Shown piece by piece: positions 20,161 through 30,724 of a stretch of 64,000 nt of DNA. The stretch's first letter is position 1. The number at the start of each line of letters is the position of its first letter. A program made the translations under genes and the position numbers. The stretch is from contig CBDETK010000013.1 in assembly GCA_965242865.1 (NCBI GenBank), forward strand, positions 2,432,001 through 2,496,000, in the 5' to 3' direction. The notes under the pieces were generated by a model. The model was not told the origin of the DNA, made no database searches, and saw nothing but the letters and a program-made list of their open reading frames with translations. This DNA comes from Candidatus Latescibacterota bacterium (lineage in GTDB: Bacteria; Latescibacterota; UBA2968; UBA8231).

Positions 20161-20943
20161 TCACCCCTGAAACAGCGACAGCGCCCCATCGACGTACATC
20201 TCGGTCCCCGTGATGTAGCTAGCCTCGTCCGAGGCCAAAAAGACGATGGCGTTGGCGACCTCCTCGGCGCTGGCGGCGCGCTGTTGCAGGGGGATCATGC
20301 CTTGGGGGAACTCGCGGGGGATGCGAATTTTGTCGAGGTCGCGGGGGAAGGTGTTCTCGCCGATGCTGGTTTGGGTCGCGCCGGGGCAGACCACGTTGAT
20401 GCGGATGTCCCACTGGGCCAGCTCGACCGCGGCCATTTTGGCAAAGGTCACTTGGGCGGCCTTGGAGCAGGAATACGCGGTGAAGCCGAAGTTGGAGAAG
20501 ATGCGGTTGCCATTGACCGAGGAGACCACGACGATGCTGCCACCGCCCGCCGCCCGCAGATGCGGAATGGCGTACTTCACGGTGAGGAAGGTGCCGCGCA
20601 CGTTGATGTGGTGCGTCTGATCCCACTCCTCGGGAGTGATGTCCTCGATGGGAGCAAAGACGCCGTTGATGCCGGCGTTGGGCACGACGATGTCGAGGCG
20701 GCCCCACCGCTCAACCGTGGCCGCGACCAGTTGGGCGACGTGCTCGGCGTTAGCCACGTCCCCGGGCAAGGCCAATGCTTGGCCGCCCAACCCCTCGATT
20801 TCGGCTACGGCTTCCTCGCAGCGCTCGGCGCGGCGGGCCGTCAGCGCGATCTTGGCTCCTTGGCGAGCCATGGCCACGGCCGCGGCCCGGCCAATGCCGC
20901 TGCTGCCCCCGGTGACGAGGGCCACTCTGTCTTTGAGCTTCAT
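20161..20943 (-). CDS. SDR family NAD(P)-dependent oxidoreductase
   Basis: TGGSSGIG, NAG, YSCSK, NVVCPG, YITG motifs. Confidence 0.95.
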   Translation of the reverse strand: MKLKDRVALVTGGSSGIGRAAAVAMARQGAKIALTARRAERCEEAVAEIEGLGGQALALPGDVANAEHVAQLVAATVERWGRLDIVVPNAGINGVFAPIEDITPEEWDQTHHINVRGTFLTVKYAIPHLRAAGGGSIVVVSSVNGNRIFSNFGFTAYSCSKAAQVTFAKMAAVELAQWDIRINVVCPGATQTSIGENTFPRDLDKIRIPREFPQGMIPLQQRAASAEEVANAIVFLASDEASYITGTEMYVDGALSLFQG

Positions 20944-21027
20944 GTCGATCTCCTAAGTTGACGAGAAAATGCGGGCGGAATATCATTGGAAACCACTAAA
21001 ATACAGCCAGCGAAAATGGAGACAAGA

Positions 21028-22287
21028 ATGCAAGAAAACGCGAACCCACACTCCCGACCCTCGGCTCTGCAGATCACCGACATGCGCGTCGCCAATGTGC
21101 GCGGTGCGCCGTTCCGGGCGACCATCATCCGCATCGACACCAACCAAGGGCTCTCGGGCTACGGCGAGGTGCGCGACGGCGGCAGCCCGACCTACGCGCT
21201 CATGCTCAAAAGCCGTTTGCTCGGGGAAAACCCCTGCAACGTCGATAAGCTCTTCCGCAAGATCAAACAATTCGGCCACCACGCGCGCCAAGCCGGCGGC
21301 GTCTGCGGCGTGGAGATGGCACTGATGGATCTGGCGGGCAAAGCATACAACGTGCCGGCCTACCAACTGGCCGGCGGCAAGTTCCGCGACCGGGTCCTCT
21401 GCTACTGCGATACCCCGACGCGGCGCGACGGGCGCCAGATGGGGCAGTTGCTCAAGGAGCGCGTGGAGCGGGGGTTTAAGTTCCTCAAAATGGACGTCGG
21501 CATTGGGTTGCTACGGGGAGTTAAAGACGCGCTGATCGCCCCGCCGGGCATGTTGGAAAGCCACGACGTCATGCACCCATTTACGGGGATTCAGATCACC
21601 AACAAAGGCATTGACGTCCTCTGCGAATACGTGGAGCAGGTGCGCGAGGTGATCGGCTATGAAGTTCCCTTGGCCGTCGATCACTTTGGCCACATCGGCG
21701 TTGAGTCCTGCATCCGCTTGGGCCGGGCCCTCGATCAGTTCAGCCTAGCCTGGTACGAGGACATGATCCCTTGGCAGCTAGCCGACCAATGGCAGCGGCT
21801 CGCCGAAGCCGTGGATACGCCCTTATGCACGGGCGAGGACATCTATCTCAAGGAAAACTTCCTACCGCTCTTTGAACGGCGCGCCCTTGCCGTCGTCCAC
21901 CCGGACTTGGCCTCTTCCGGCGGCATCCTCGAGACCAAAAAGATCGGCGACTTAGCTCAAGAGCACGGCATTGCCATGGCCCTGCACATGGCCATGTCGC
22001 CGGTCGCGACCTTAGCTTCGGTGCATTGCGCCGCAGCGACCGAAAACTTCATGGTGCTCGAAAACCACTCGGTCGATCAGCTAGAACAGTGGAGCAGCTT
22101 GGTCGAGGGCTTGCCGGTGCCGCTGATTGAGGACGGGCACATTGCGGTGCCAGAAGGGCCGGGGCTGGGCTTCAGCGGGCTCAACGAAGACGTGCTGCGG
22201 TCGTTTGCCGATCCAGCGCAGCCGGACCTATTTGCCCCCACCGCGGAGTGGGACGACGAGCGGTCACACGACCGCTTGTGGAGCTAA
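21028..22287 (+). CDS. Mandelate racemase/muconate lactonizing enzyme family (enolase superfamily) dehydratase
   Basis: GVEMALMDLAGKA, KxK (FLKMD), D..E..GED metal ligands, PEGPGLG; ATG 21028 follows GGAGA. Confidence 0.92.
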   Translation: MQENANPHSRPSALQITDMRVANVRGAPFRATIIRIDTNQGLSGYGEVRDGGSPTYALMLKSRLLGENPCNVDKLFRKIKQFGHHARQAGGVCGVEMALMDLAGKAYNVPAYQLAGGKFRDRVLCYCDTPTRRDGRQMGQLLKERVERGFKFLKMDVGIGLLRGVKDALIAPPGMLESHDVMHPFTGIQITNKGIDVLCEYVEQVREVIGYEVPLAVDHFGHIGVESCIRLGRALDQFSLAWYEDMIPWQLADQWQRLAEAVDTPLCTGEDIYLKENFLPLFERRALAVVHPDLASSGGILETKKIGDLAQEHGIAMALHMAMSPVATLASVHCAAATENFMVLENHSVDQLEQWSSLVEGLPVPLIEDGHIAVPEGPGLGFSGLNEDVLRSFADPAQPDLFAPTAEWDDERSHDRLWS

Positions 22288-22289
22288 AG

Positions 22290-23348
22290 ATGGCCTACGA
22301 CATCGCTGTCCTCAAAGGCGACGGCATTGGCCCGGAAGTGATGGACGAGGCCCTGAAGGTGCTCCACGCGCTGGGCACTCCGGCCCTTGCCTTTGCCGAA
22401 TATCCGTGTGGCGCGGAGTGCTATCTGGAGCAAGGGGATCCGCTGCCGGAGGCGACCGTGGCGGGATGCCGCCGGGCGGATGCGGTGCTGTTGGGCGCGA
22501 TGGGGTTGCCGCACGTGCGCTGGCCGGACGGGACGGAGATGCGGCCGCAAGTTGACTTGCGGATCAAGCTGGACCTGTACGCCGGGGTGCGGCCGATTTA
22601 CCTCTACGCGGCCGCGCACACCCCGCTCAAAGGGTTGGCGGCCGGCGACATTGACTTCGTCGTCCTGCGCGAAAACGTCGAGGGGCTTTTTGCCTCCATG
22701 AACGGCGGCATTGAGTTGCGCGGAGAAGTGGCCGTGGACTCTATGGTCATTACGCGCACGGGCACGGAGCGCGTGGTGCGCTACGCCTTTGAACTGGCGC
22801 GGCAACGCGGCCGGACGCCGATGAAGGTAACGTGCGTTGACAAGGCCAACGTCTTCCGCTCAATGGCCTTCTTCCGCCGCGTGTACGACGAGGTTGCGGC
22901 CAACTACCCAGACGTCGAGCGCGATTACGCGTACATCGACGCCCTGAGCATGTACTTGGTGCAGCAACCGGCCGGCTACGACGTGCTGGTCACCGAGAAC
23001 ATGTACGGGGACATCATCTCGGACTTGGCCGCCGGCTTGGTCGGCGGTTTGGGGCTGGCCCCTTCGGGAGACATCGGGGAGGACGCGGCCGTGTTCCAAC
23101 CCTCGCACGGCACGGCCCCCGACATCGCCGGGCAAGAAAAGGCCAATCCGGTGGCGATGATCCTGTCGGCCGCCATGATGCTGCGCTGGTTGGGCCAGCG
23201 GCACGGCGATTTTGCGGCCACCAGCGGGGCGGACCGAATCGACAAAGCGGTGCGGGCAGTCATCGGCGAGCAGGGCGCGGGGACGCCCGATTTAGGAGGG
23301 GCGTTGAGCAGCCGGGCGCTAGGGGAGCGGATTGTCCGAGCGCTCTGA
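22290..23348 (+). CDS. Isocitrate/isopropylmalate (tartrate-like) dehydrogenase family protein
   Basis: GDGIGPEV, RENVEG, VDKANV, NMYGDIISD, HGTAPDIAG, ANP. Confidence 0.93.
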   Translation: MAYDIAVLKGDGIGPEVMDEALKVLHALGTPALAFAEYPCGAECYLEQGDPLPEATVAGCRRADAVLLGAMGLPHVRWPDGTEMRPQVDLRIKLDLYAGVRPIYLYAAAHTPLKGLAAGDIDFVVLRENVEGLFASMNGGIELRGEVAVDSMVITRTGTERVVRYAFELARQRGRTPMKVTCVDKANVFRSMAFFRRVYDEVAANYPDVERDYAYIDALSMYLVQQPAGYDVLVTENMYGDIISDLAAGLVGGLGLAPSGDIGEDAAVFQPSHGTAPDIAGQEKANPVAMILSAAMMLRWLGQRHGDFAATSGADRIDKAVRAVIGEQGAGTPDLGGALSSRALGERIVRAL

Positions 23349-23349
23349 C

Positions 23350-24450
23350 ATGGACCGCCGGACCTTTCTCGGCTGGGGTTTAGGGGTGGCCGCGTGGCCG
23401 GCATTGGGCCGCGCCGCACCTGTGCGACCAGAGCGAACGCGCCTGCGCGAGTTGGGCATTGTCATTGGCGAACTGGCGACCGGCCCGCACAACGCCATCA
23501 CGGATGTCGAGGGCGTGCGGGTCGGCCATCTAACCCTGATTGAAGATGATTCGGTCCGCACCGGGGTGACGGCGATTGTGTCGCCCACGCCGGCGTTTGC
23601 CGCGGACTTCACGCTCAACGGCAACGGCGAGCTCATGGGAGTCGGCTCCATGCGGCGCACGGGCCTGTTGGCCGGCCCGGTCCTTTTTACCAACACATCC
23701 AGCGTCGGCGCGGTGCATGATGGCGCGGTGGAGTGGATGCTGGCCCGCGACCCCGACCTGTTCGCGAGTGCTTTGCAGCCCGCGCCCATCGTCGGCGAGA
23801 CCTGGGCTGCGTTTCTCCACGACGAAGCCGGGCGGCACGTGCAGCCGGCCCACGCGGCCGCAGCCCTCGACGCGGCGCACAACGGGCCGGTGGCCGAAGG
23901 CTGCGTCGGCGGCGGGACCGGGATGCGGGCCTATAGCTTCAAGGCCGGGATTGGCACGGCCTCGCGCCAAGTCCCCGGCGGCGACCAGCGCTACACAGTA
24001 GGGGTGCTGGTGCAGGCGAATTTTGGTCGGCGGCCCCAACTGCGCGTCGACGGCGTCCCGGTGGGCCGGGAGATACCCGAGCGGATGCCGGTGCGCGGTG
24101 GCAAGAGCAAGTCCATGCTCGCGGCCGTGGCCACGGACGCGCCGTTGATCCCTGCCCAGCTCCAGCGCGTGGGCAAGCGGGTGGCCTTGGGCATGGCGCG
24201 CACGGGCGCGATTTCCACCCACGGCAGCGGCGACTTGGTGCTGGCCTTTTCCACGGCCTCGCCCGGGCCCCTGTTCGCGGACCGCTGGATTTCGGGCCTG
24301 TTCCAAGGCGTGGTCGAGGCTACGGAGGAAGCCATTCTCAACGCGCTGACTACGGCTCACACCATGACCGGCCGCGCGGGCAACACCATCCACGCGCTGC
24401 CGCTGGACCGCTTGCTCGAAGTCATGCGCGCCTACGGCCGGCTCAAATGA
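23350..24450 (+). CDS. P1/S58 family (DmpA-like) peptidase with Tat signal
   Basis: MDRRTFLG; GPHNAITDVEGVRVGH; TGVTAI; EGCVGGGTGM; KAGIGTASR; ATDAPL; GSGDLVLAFST. Confidence 0.88.
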   Translation: MDRRTFLGWGLGVAAWPALGRAAPVRPERTRLRELGIVIGELATGPHNAITDVEGVRVGHLTLIEDDSVRTGVTAIVSPTPAFAADFTLNGNGELMGVGSMRRTGLLAGPVLFTNTSSVGAVHDGAVEWMLARDPDLFASALQPAPIVGETWAAFLHDEAGRHVQPAHAAAALDAAHNGPVAEGCVGGGTGMRAYSFKAGIGTASRQVPGGDQRYTVGVLVQANFGRRPQLRVDGVPVGREIPERMPVRGGKSKSMLAAVATDAPLIPAQLQRVGKRVALGMARTGAISTHGSGDLVLAFSTASPGPLFADRWISGLFQGVVEATEEAILNALTTAHTMTGRAGNTIHALPLDRLLEVMRAYGRLK

Positions 24451-25406
24451 ATCGCGTACGCCCAGCGGGTGCTGCGGCCGGGCCGCACAACGCCATTGTC
24501 GATGTGGCCGGAGTTAGCGTGGGGCACAGCGACATCCACACGCCCGATTTGCACACCGGCCTAACGGCCATTGTCCCCTATCCGGCCGGAGTGGCTGAGC
24601 GCAAGCTGTTTATCGGTCGCTTTGCCATTGACGGCGGCGACGCCATGAGCGGCTTGGGGGTGGCCGAAGACTTCGGCACCTTTTCCTCGCCCATTGTCCT
24701 CGCCCCGACCCCGGTCGTCGGCCGGGTGTACGAAGCCTTAATTCGCCACAGCTTGGGCCGCGACCCCGGGCTATCGGCCGTGGCTGGTTGGCCGCCGGTG
24801 GTCGTAGGGATTGACGACACAGGGGTCAACGACCCCGCGCTCGTCCGCCAGACCCTGACCCACGCCCACGCCGCCGAGGCGTTGGCCCGTGCTGGTCGCA
24901 CGGTGCCTAGGGGCAATGCCGGCGTCGGCGGTGGGTTGCGGGCCTTTGGCTACAAAGGCGGCGTTGGTACGGCCTCGCGCCGGGCCGGGGAATACGCGCT
25001 GGGCCTGTTGGCCGCAGTCAACGGGGGCCGCACGCTGCACTGGGCCGGTCGCGTCCTGCCGGCGGGCGAGGCGGTCGGGGAGCCGCAGACGTTTGCCATG
25101 GTCGTCGCTACGGACGCCCCGCTCATCCCGCGTCAACTAGAGCGTTTGGCCGGTCGCGCCGCACTGGGGCTGGCGCGGACGGGCGTGTGGAACCCGCAGA
25201 CGCGCGAGGGCCTGGTCCTCGCCTTTTCCACCCAAGAGCCGGCCGCATCGAGGCCGATGGTGGGCGAAGAAAGGCTCTATTCGCTTTTTGCCGCGGCGGC
25301 CGAAGCGGCCGAAGCGGCGGTCGTCGATGCCCTGTTGGCCGCTGAAACGGTCGGGGAGCTCAAAGCCATGCCGCAGACCGGCTGGCTGGAAGCGGGGGAC
25401 GGTTGA
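24447..25406 (+). CDS. Second, divergent P1/S58 (DmpA-like) protein
   Basis: GPHNAIVDVAGVSVGH; KGGVGTASR; ATDAPL; LVLAFST; lacks the SGD motif and a signal peptide. Confidence 0.8.
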   Translation: MNRVRPAGAAAGPHNAIVDVAGVSVGHSDIHTPDLHTGLTAIVPYPAGVAERKLFIGRFAIDGGDAMSGLGVAEDFGTFSSPIVLAPTPVVGRVYEALIRHSLGRDPGLSAVAGWPPVVVGIDDTGVNDPALVRQTLTHAHAAEALARAGRTVPRGNAGVGGGLRAFGYKGGVGTASRRAGEYALGLLAAVNGGRTLHWAGRVLPAGEAVGEPQTFAMVVATDAPLIPRQLERLAGRAALGLARTGVWNPQTREGLVLAFSTQEPAASRPMVGEERLYSLFAAAAEAAEAAVVDALLAAETVGELKAMPQTGWLEAGDG

Positions 25407-26530
25407 GCCACCGCTTGCTCGACGATCGGGCCGCGCTCGGCGACTTCCGCGCTCGGCTGTTGGCTTGGTATCGCCAAAACAAGCGGCAGACTAGCTGGCG
25501 CGACAGCGACAATCCCTATCACGTGTGGGTATCCGAGGTCATGTTGCAACAGACCCGGGTGGAGCAGATGGCCCCTTATTTCGATCGGTTTATCCGCGCA
25601 TTTCCCACGCTCCAAGCGCTGGCCGCTGCGTCCGAGGACCAGGTGCTCAAGGCCTGGGAGGGCTTGGGCTACTATGCGCGGGCACACAACATGCACAAGG
25701 CCGCCAAGCGCATGGCCTTTGAGTTGGGAGGCCGCATCCCGGATACGTACCAAGCGTTGATCGAGCTGCCTGGGATTGGCCAATACACGGCCGCGGCCAT
25801 TAGCAGCATTGCCTTTGACCGCGACCACCCGGTGCTCGACGGCAATGTGACCCGCGTGCTCTGCCGCTTGTTGCGGATTGAGGAAGAGCCGACTCGCGCC
25901 CAAGTCAAGGCGCGGCTCATCGCCGCCGGCGAAGCCCTGCTGGCCCGGGGCGAGGCCGGCGATTTCAATCAGGCGATGATGGAGCTGGGGGCGCGGGTCT
26001 GTACGCCGCAAAGCCCGAACTGCCCGACGTGTCCGGTCGGCGGCTGGTGTCGGGCCAAGGCCGAGTTGGACGACCCGACCGCCCTGCCGCGCAAGGCCCG
26101 GAGGAAACAGAAGCCGCATTATCAAGTGGCGGCTGGCTTGATTCGCCGGGGCGACGAGCTGCTAATCGCCCAGCGGCCGGCCGAGGGGATGCTCGGCGGC
26201 CTGTGGGAGTTTCCCGGGGGCAAGCAGGAGCCCGGGGAGACCTTGCCCGAATGCTTGGTGCGCGAGATCCGCGAGGAATTGGGCATTGAAATTGAGGTGG
26301 ATGCGCGCCTGACGAGCGTGGAGCACACCTATTCGCACTTCAGCATTACCTTACATGCGTTTGCCGCTCGCTACGTGCGCGGCACCCCGCAGGCGTTGGG
26401 TTGCGCTGCTTGGCGGTGGGTCGCCCCGGAGGCTTTGGACGACTTTGCGCTGCCGCGGGCCGATCGCCGAATCGTGGAGTTCATGCGCCAACACGCACAA
26501 CAGACGGAGTTATTTGGTGAAAAAAAGTGA
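25403..26530 (+). CDS. mutY: A/G-specific adenine glycosylase with C-terminal Nudix domain
   Basis: VWVSEVMLQQT, WEGLGYYARA, LPGIGQYTA, LDGNV, FNQAMMELGA, 4Fe-4S Cys cluster. Confidence 0.96.
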   Translation: MSHRLLDDRAALGDFRARLLAWYRQNKRQTSWRDSDNPYHVWVSEVMLQQTRVEQMAPYFDRFIRAFPTLQALAAASEDQVLKAWEGLGYYARAHNMHKAAKRMAFELGGRIPDTYQALIELPGIGQYTAAAISSIAFDRDHPVLDGNVTRVLCRLLRIEEEPTRAQVKARLIAAGEALLARGEAGDFNQAMMELGARVCTPQSPNCPTCPVGGWCRAKAELDDPTALPRKARRKQKPHYQVAAGLIRRGDELLIAQRPAEGMLGGLWEFPGGKQEPGETLPECLVREIREELGIEIEVDARLTSVEHTYSHFSITLHAFAARYVRGTPQALGCAAWRWVAPEALDDFALPRADRRIVEFMRQHAQQTELFGEKK

Positions 26531-27416
26531 GTTGCTAGTCGCGGGCCGACGCCGGGCGCCCGGGCTGGTTTTGCGCGGGCTGTGCATGGGCGCGGCCGAC
26601 GTAATCCCCGGGGTGTCCGGGGGGACGATTGCCTTGGTCACGGGCATTTACGACGAGCTGGTCGGGACGATTGCCGCCGTGGATCAACGGATCGTGGGGG
26701 CCTTGGTGCGGGGCCGCTTAATCGAGGTGTTGCACCGAGTCAATGCCCCTTTTCTGGTGCCGTTGCTGTGCGGTATCGGCCTGTCCATTGCCGCGCTGGC
26801 CAAGTTCATAACCTCGCTGTTAGAGACGCACCCCGAGCCGGTGTGGGGGTTTTTCACCGGGTTGATCTTGGCCAGTGCGCTCGTGGTCGCTCGGCAGGTG
26901 GCCGGCTGGGGGCTGGCGCAGTGGGGGCTGACCGCACTCGGCGCGGCGATTGGCTACGCCATTACCACGTTGGTCCCGGTCGAGACCGGCGTCGAGGCTT
27001 ACAAGTTCGCGCTGGCTGGCATGGTGGCCATCTGCGCGATGATTCTGCCGGGGATTAGCGGCTCGTTTCTGCTGGTGGTCATGGGCAAATACCAGCAGGT
27101 CTTGACCGCGGTACACGAGTTCGATTGGGCGATCTTGGCCCTCTTCGGCTCTGGGGCGGTTGTTGGTCTGCTGGGCTTTTCGCGGCTGCTCAAGCACCTA
27201 CTGGCCCGCTTTCGCGCCGCCACCATGGCCTTGTTGGTGGGGTTGATGTTGGGTTCGCTGCGCAAGGTGTGGCCGTTCCGCAACGAGCTGGACGACGGGT
27301 GCTACGAATGCGCGTGGCCGCAGGAATTCAACGGCGAGGCTTGGCTGAGCTTGGGGCTGATTGCCGTGGGAGTGGTGCTGGTGTTGGCCTTGGAGCGACT
27401 GGGCGCAAGGCGGTGA
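26517..27416 (+). CDS. DUF368 membrane protein (undecaprenyl-phosphate translocase family)
   Basis: MGAADVIPGVSGGTIALVTGIY and AMILPGISGS signatures; multiple TM helices; GTG start at 26517. Confidence 0.92.
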   Translation: MKKSELLVAGRRRAPGLVLRGLCMGAADVIPGVSGGTIALVTGIYDELVGTIAAVDQRIVGALVRGRLIEVLHRVNAPFLVPLLCGIGLSIAALAKFITSLLETHPEPVWGFFTGLILASALVVARQVAGWGLAQWGLTALGAAIGYAITTLVPVETGVEAYKFALAGMVAICAMILPGISGSFLLVVMGKYQQVLTAVHEFDWAILALFGSGAVVGLLGFSRLLKHLLARFRAATMALLVGLMLGSLRKVWPFRNELDDGCYECAWPQEFNGEAWLSLGLIAVGVVLVLALERLGARR

Positions 27417-27737
27417 AACGCTTTCAGCTTAGTACGCGACCCTTACGTTGAGTCCGCCTTTTCTGGTGTTGCCGCTGCGTCCGGGGTCGAGGGCAAGACG
27501 ACCTCCATCCTTGGCAATTAGATACATACTTTGATTTTCCCGTAAAGTAACGGATGTGGCCGGCCGAACGGACAACGGACGGTACGCCGCTTTTGTCGCC
27601 AACGTCCCATGCCTGTACCCTTTTCGCCACACACCAACGCCTCCAATCCCAAGCCGCCCCTCTGAGCCGCCGCCATGGCACGATTCTTGCCTTATTGTGG
27701 ATACCACCCCACCCCACCCGCAACCAAGGCAAAACCC

Positions 27738-28625
27738 ATGGCCGAATTCGACACCATCGCCAAACACCTCATCCACACCTACCCAACGGACTTCGCCCGA
27801 TTCGCCCTCCAACAAGACGACATCCAAGTCCTCGGCGTCGTCGAGACCGAGCAAACCACCGTCGAAACCCATCGCACCGACAGCCTCATTCGCGTCCACG
27901 TCGATGGCATCGAGGCGTTGGTCCATCACGAGTTCCAAACCACCGACAGCAAACCGCCCATGCCCCTCCGCATGGTCGGCTATATCGGGCGCGGCATCGA
28001 GCAGCACAAGTGCCCGATCTACTCCAACGTCATCTATCTGCGGCCTGATGCGGGTCGGAGCGATCCGGGGTATTATCTCCAAGAGCGACCCGGCTACCGG
28101 GTGTTGGTGCAATACAAGGTGAGTCGGCTGATTGAGCTCGATGGCCAACGCATACTCGAGGAGGGGCCTTCGGGCTTGCTGCCGTTTGCGCCGTTGATAC
28201 AGCCGCCCGCGGGGATGGATGCCGAGGGGTGGTTGCGCCAGTGTGTCAACCGGGCACAACAGGTGCCGCTGGACGAATCCCGCCAGGCCAATTACTTGGC
28301 CAATCTTGCGGTATTGAGCGGGTTGGTGTATAACTTAGACACGATTACGACCATCATCGCGGAGGAGACCATGTACGAGTCGTCGGTAGTGCAGTATTTC
28401 ACGGAAAAGGGCATTGAGCAGGGCATCAAGCAAGGCGGCCGAGAACGCGCCGTTGAAGATCTGCTCGAGGTGCTAGCGATTCGCTTTGGGCTGGCGGCGT
28501 CGGATCCGTTGGCCGCCCGCATTGGGGGCATCGACGATGTGCAGCGTCTCAAGCAGTTGTTTCGGGCGGCCATACAGGTGACTAGCCTTGAAGCCTTTAG
28601 ACCCCTGTTAGACCAAGCCGAGTAG
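27738..28625 (+). CDS. Rpn-like recombination-promoting nuclease / putative transposase (PD-(D/E)XK)
   Basis: FDTIAK, RTDSL, HHEFQT, MPLRM, LLPFAPL, C-terminal EKGIEQGIKQG. Confidence 0.8.
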   Translation: MAEFDTIAKHLIHTYPTDFARFALQQDDIQVLGVVETEQTTVETHRTDSLIRVHVDGIEALVHHEFQTTDSKPPMPLRMVGYIGRGIEQHKCPIYSNVIYLRPDAGRSDPGYYLQERPGYRVLVQYKVSRLIELDGQRILEEGPSGLLPFAPLIQPPAGMDAEGWLRQCVNRAQQVPLDESRQANYLANLAVLSGLVYNLDTITTIIAEETMYESSVVQYFTEKGIEQGIKQGGRERAVEDLLEVLAIRFGLAASDPLAARIGGIDDVQRLKQLFRAAIQVTSLEAFRPLLDQAE

Positions 28626-28730
28626 GGCACCGCGTAATTTCAGTTATATCCTAACCTGTTCAACCTTCCACCATCCTTCCCTATCAACTGCCAGCGGCGG
28701 GCTATGGGCGGCTAGCATACTGTCGTGTAC

Positions 28731-30724
28731 TTAAGGGCGGACAGCATCCCCGGCCCCCGCAAACTCCGCCGCCCAGAGGGTGCGGTTCTCTTCGGAAATC
28801 CACTGGCCGATATAGATGCGGTCAATGGCGTAGCCGGGCAGATGAATGGCCGCCATACACTGGTCGCCGACCCGGAAGCCGCGCCGGTCGAAATAGAAGC
28901 CGAAGTTGTCCGAGCCGTACCGCTGGCGATTGAATGGTAGGTCGGCCGGGTCGGCTGGGATGACGTGCAAGACGAACTTGGCCTGCGGGTCGGCCGGGGC
29001 ACACGGCTGTTTGACGTAAATCAGCCGGCGTCCGGTGCGGTACACGTTCCAGTCGGCGCGCACCACCGGCTCGCCGGCCTGTTGGATGAGTTCCTGCAGG
29101 TAGCGTTGTTTGCAGGCGCGATGCCTTTTTGCATCGAAGGGTTCGGCTGCCGTTACGCGGAAGACCGCGCCATCGGCCAGTTCGGCCACGGTTTCCACGC
29201 CGGGCAGGCAGCGGAGGTCCAAGGCGTCGTACTTGGAATGAGGGTTTGGCCTTTCATGTAGGAGCCAAACGATAGGCCCGCCGACGCCCTTCTTGGTCTT
29301 CCGCATTATGCGTGGTGTCACTTGGTAAATCCAGTCTGCGATACGCAGGTGCTTTCTCGGGGCGGCACTCCGATCCCAAAACCAAATAATGCCGGGGTCA
29401 TTGCTGAAAGTCCTGCTATCGCTCAGGTGGGGCCTGATGTACTTCAGGGTCTCATAATGGTGCCAATAGGCGATGTTGGGGTTGAATCTCTCTTTTTTGA
29501 TCCCGGACTCCATGCTCTGGCGGGTAATGCGGAGGTTTTTGTACGCCGAGAGGCTGACGTGGGCGAGGGCACCTAGCAAGACGAGGGACGCCAGCCCCCA
29601 CTTAGCCGCGGCCATCCGACCCGCCATCTCGATGGACAGGAATCGGTCCAGCAGCAACGCCGCGGCTAACAGCAGCGGTACATACACCGGCAGCAGGTAG
29701 CGGCTGTCGATGCCCTGATAAACCGTGAAGGGCACGACAGCGACGAGGAATACGCAGTAGATCAAGGCGAACACCCCGAAAGGGAGTGCCGGCCCCAACC
29801 CCAAGCGCGGCGATGCCGTCCGACCTGTTCCCCGCCATCCTGCCCGCCCATACCTACGCTGCTGCCCCGCCACTCCGACGACTACCCCCGCTACCACCAC
29901 CAGCCCGACCGCTGTCCACAGAAGATAACCCAACCCGTCCAGTCCGTTTGAGAGGCCGACCCACAAGCGAAACGTCTCTCCGATCTGGCACAGCCCAGCG
30001 GATAGAGACTGCCCGGACGCGCCGCTCCTAGCGGTCAGAGTCCCGGAGATCATCCAGTTGCGCGTCAGCACTACCGCGAGGGGCAAGGATGAGATAGCTC
30101 CAAATACGATAGCATCTTTCAACCGGACAGCCAGCGGCGGGGTGCGGCGCACCAGCAGCAGCAAGACGCCGACGCCGATCAGGACCACGCCCGGATAGCG
30201 GGTCACCGCGGCCAGCCCGGTAAAAACCGCCATCCAATACAGGGGCGTCCTTCGGCCGCGTTGCAGGAAGGACGACAACTGAGTCAAGGCGAGGAGCGTC
30301 AACAGGGCGAAGAGGGCGTCGGTCTTGAGGCACGACGCGAAATCGCTCAAGGGCAGGGATACCGCGATGGCTGCGGTCGTGGCCAGTGCCAGCCACTGTG
30401 ACCGGAGATTCGAGCGCAGCCAGCACCCCGCGACGAGGATGGTCAGCCCGAAGGCGTTGGCGTTGATCCACTGACCCGCCGCAAACGGCTCAATGCCAAG
30501 CCAACCGCCGGCCGCCAACAGCAGGGGGAACAAGGGCGGCCAACCCACCAGCGGTTCGCCTCCGAGATCCCGCCAGCCCTCTCCCGCGAGGAAGTTTATG
30601 GCCGTGGACAGGAACTGTACGGAGTCCGGACCAACCGCCGGGCCGTAGGGGGTAGTGCGGACGAGGATGTGGGCGGCACCCAGCCCGGCGAGGACGGCAA
30701 TCCTCCCCCCCCCCCCCACTTCAT
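28731..30724 (-). CDS. GT-C fold (family 39/ArnT-PMT-like) membrane glycosyltransferase with C-terminal soluble domain; G13 tract at the 5' end
   Basis: PDSVQFLSTA.N, WPPLFPLLLA, TDALF, TRYPG, RYLLPVY; many TM helices. The ORF is open from GTG 30719; ATG 30724 is out of frame across the G13 run. Confidence 0.75.

Noticed and set aside
20047-20961. 304-aa plus-strand ORF
   Set aside because: Antisense to a clear SDR gene.
27417-27737. Intergenic region as a possible ncRNA or small ORF
   Set aside because: No recognisable structure, motif or convincing coding signal.
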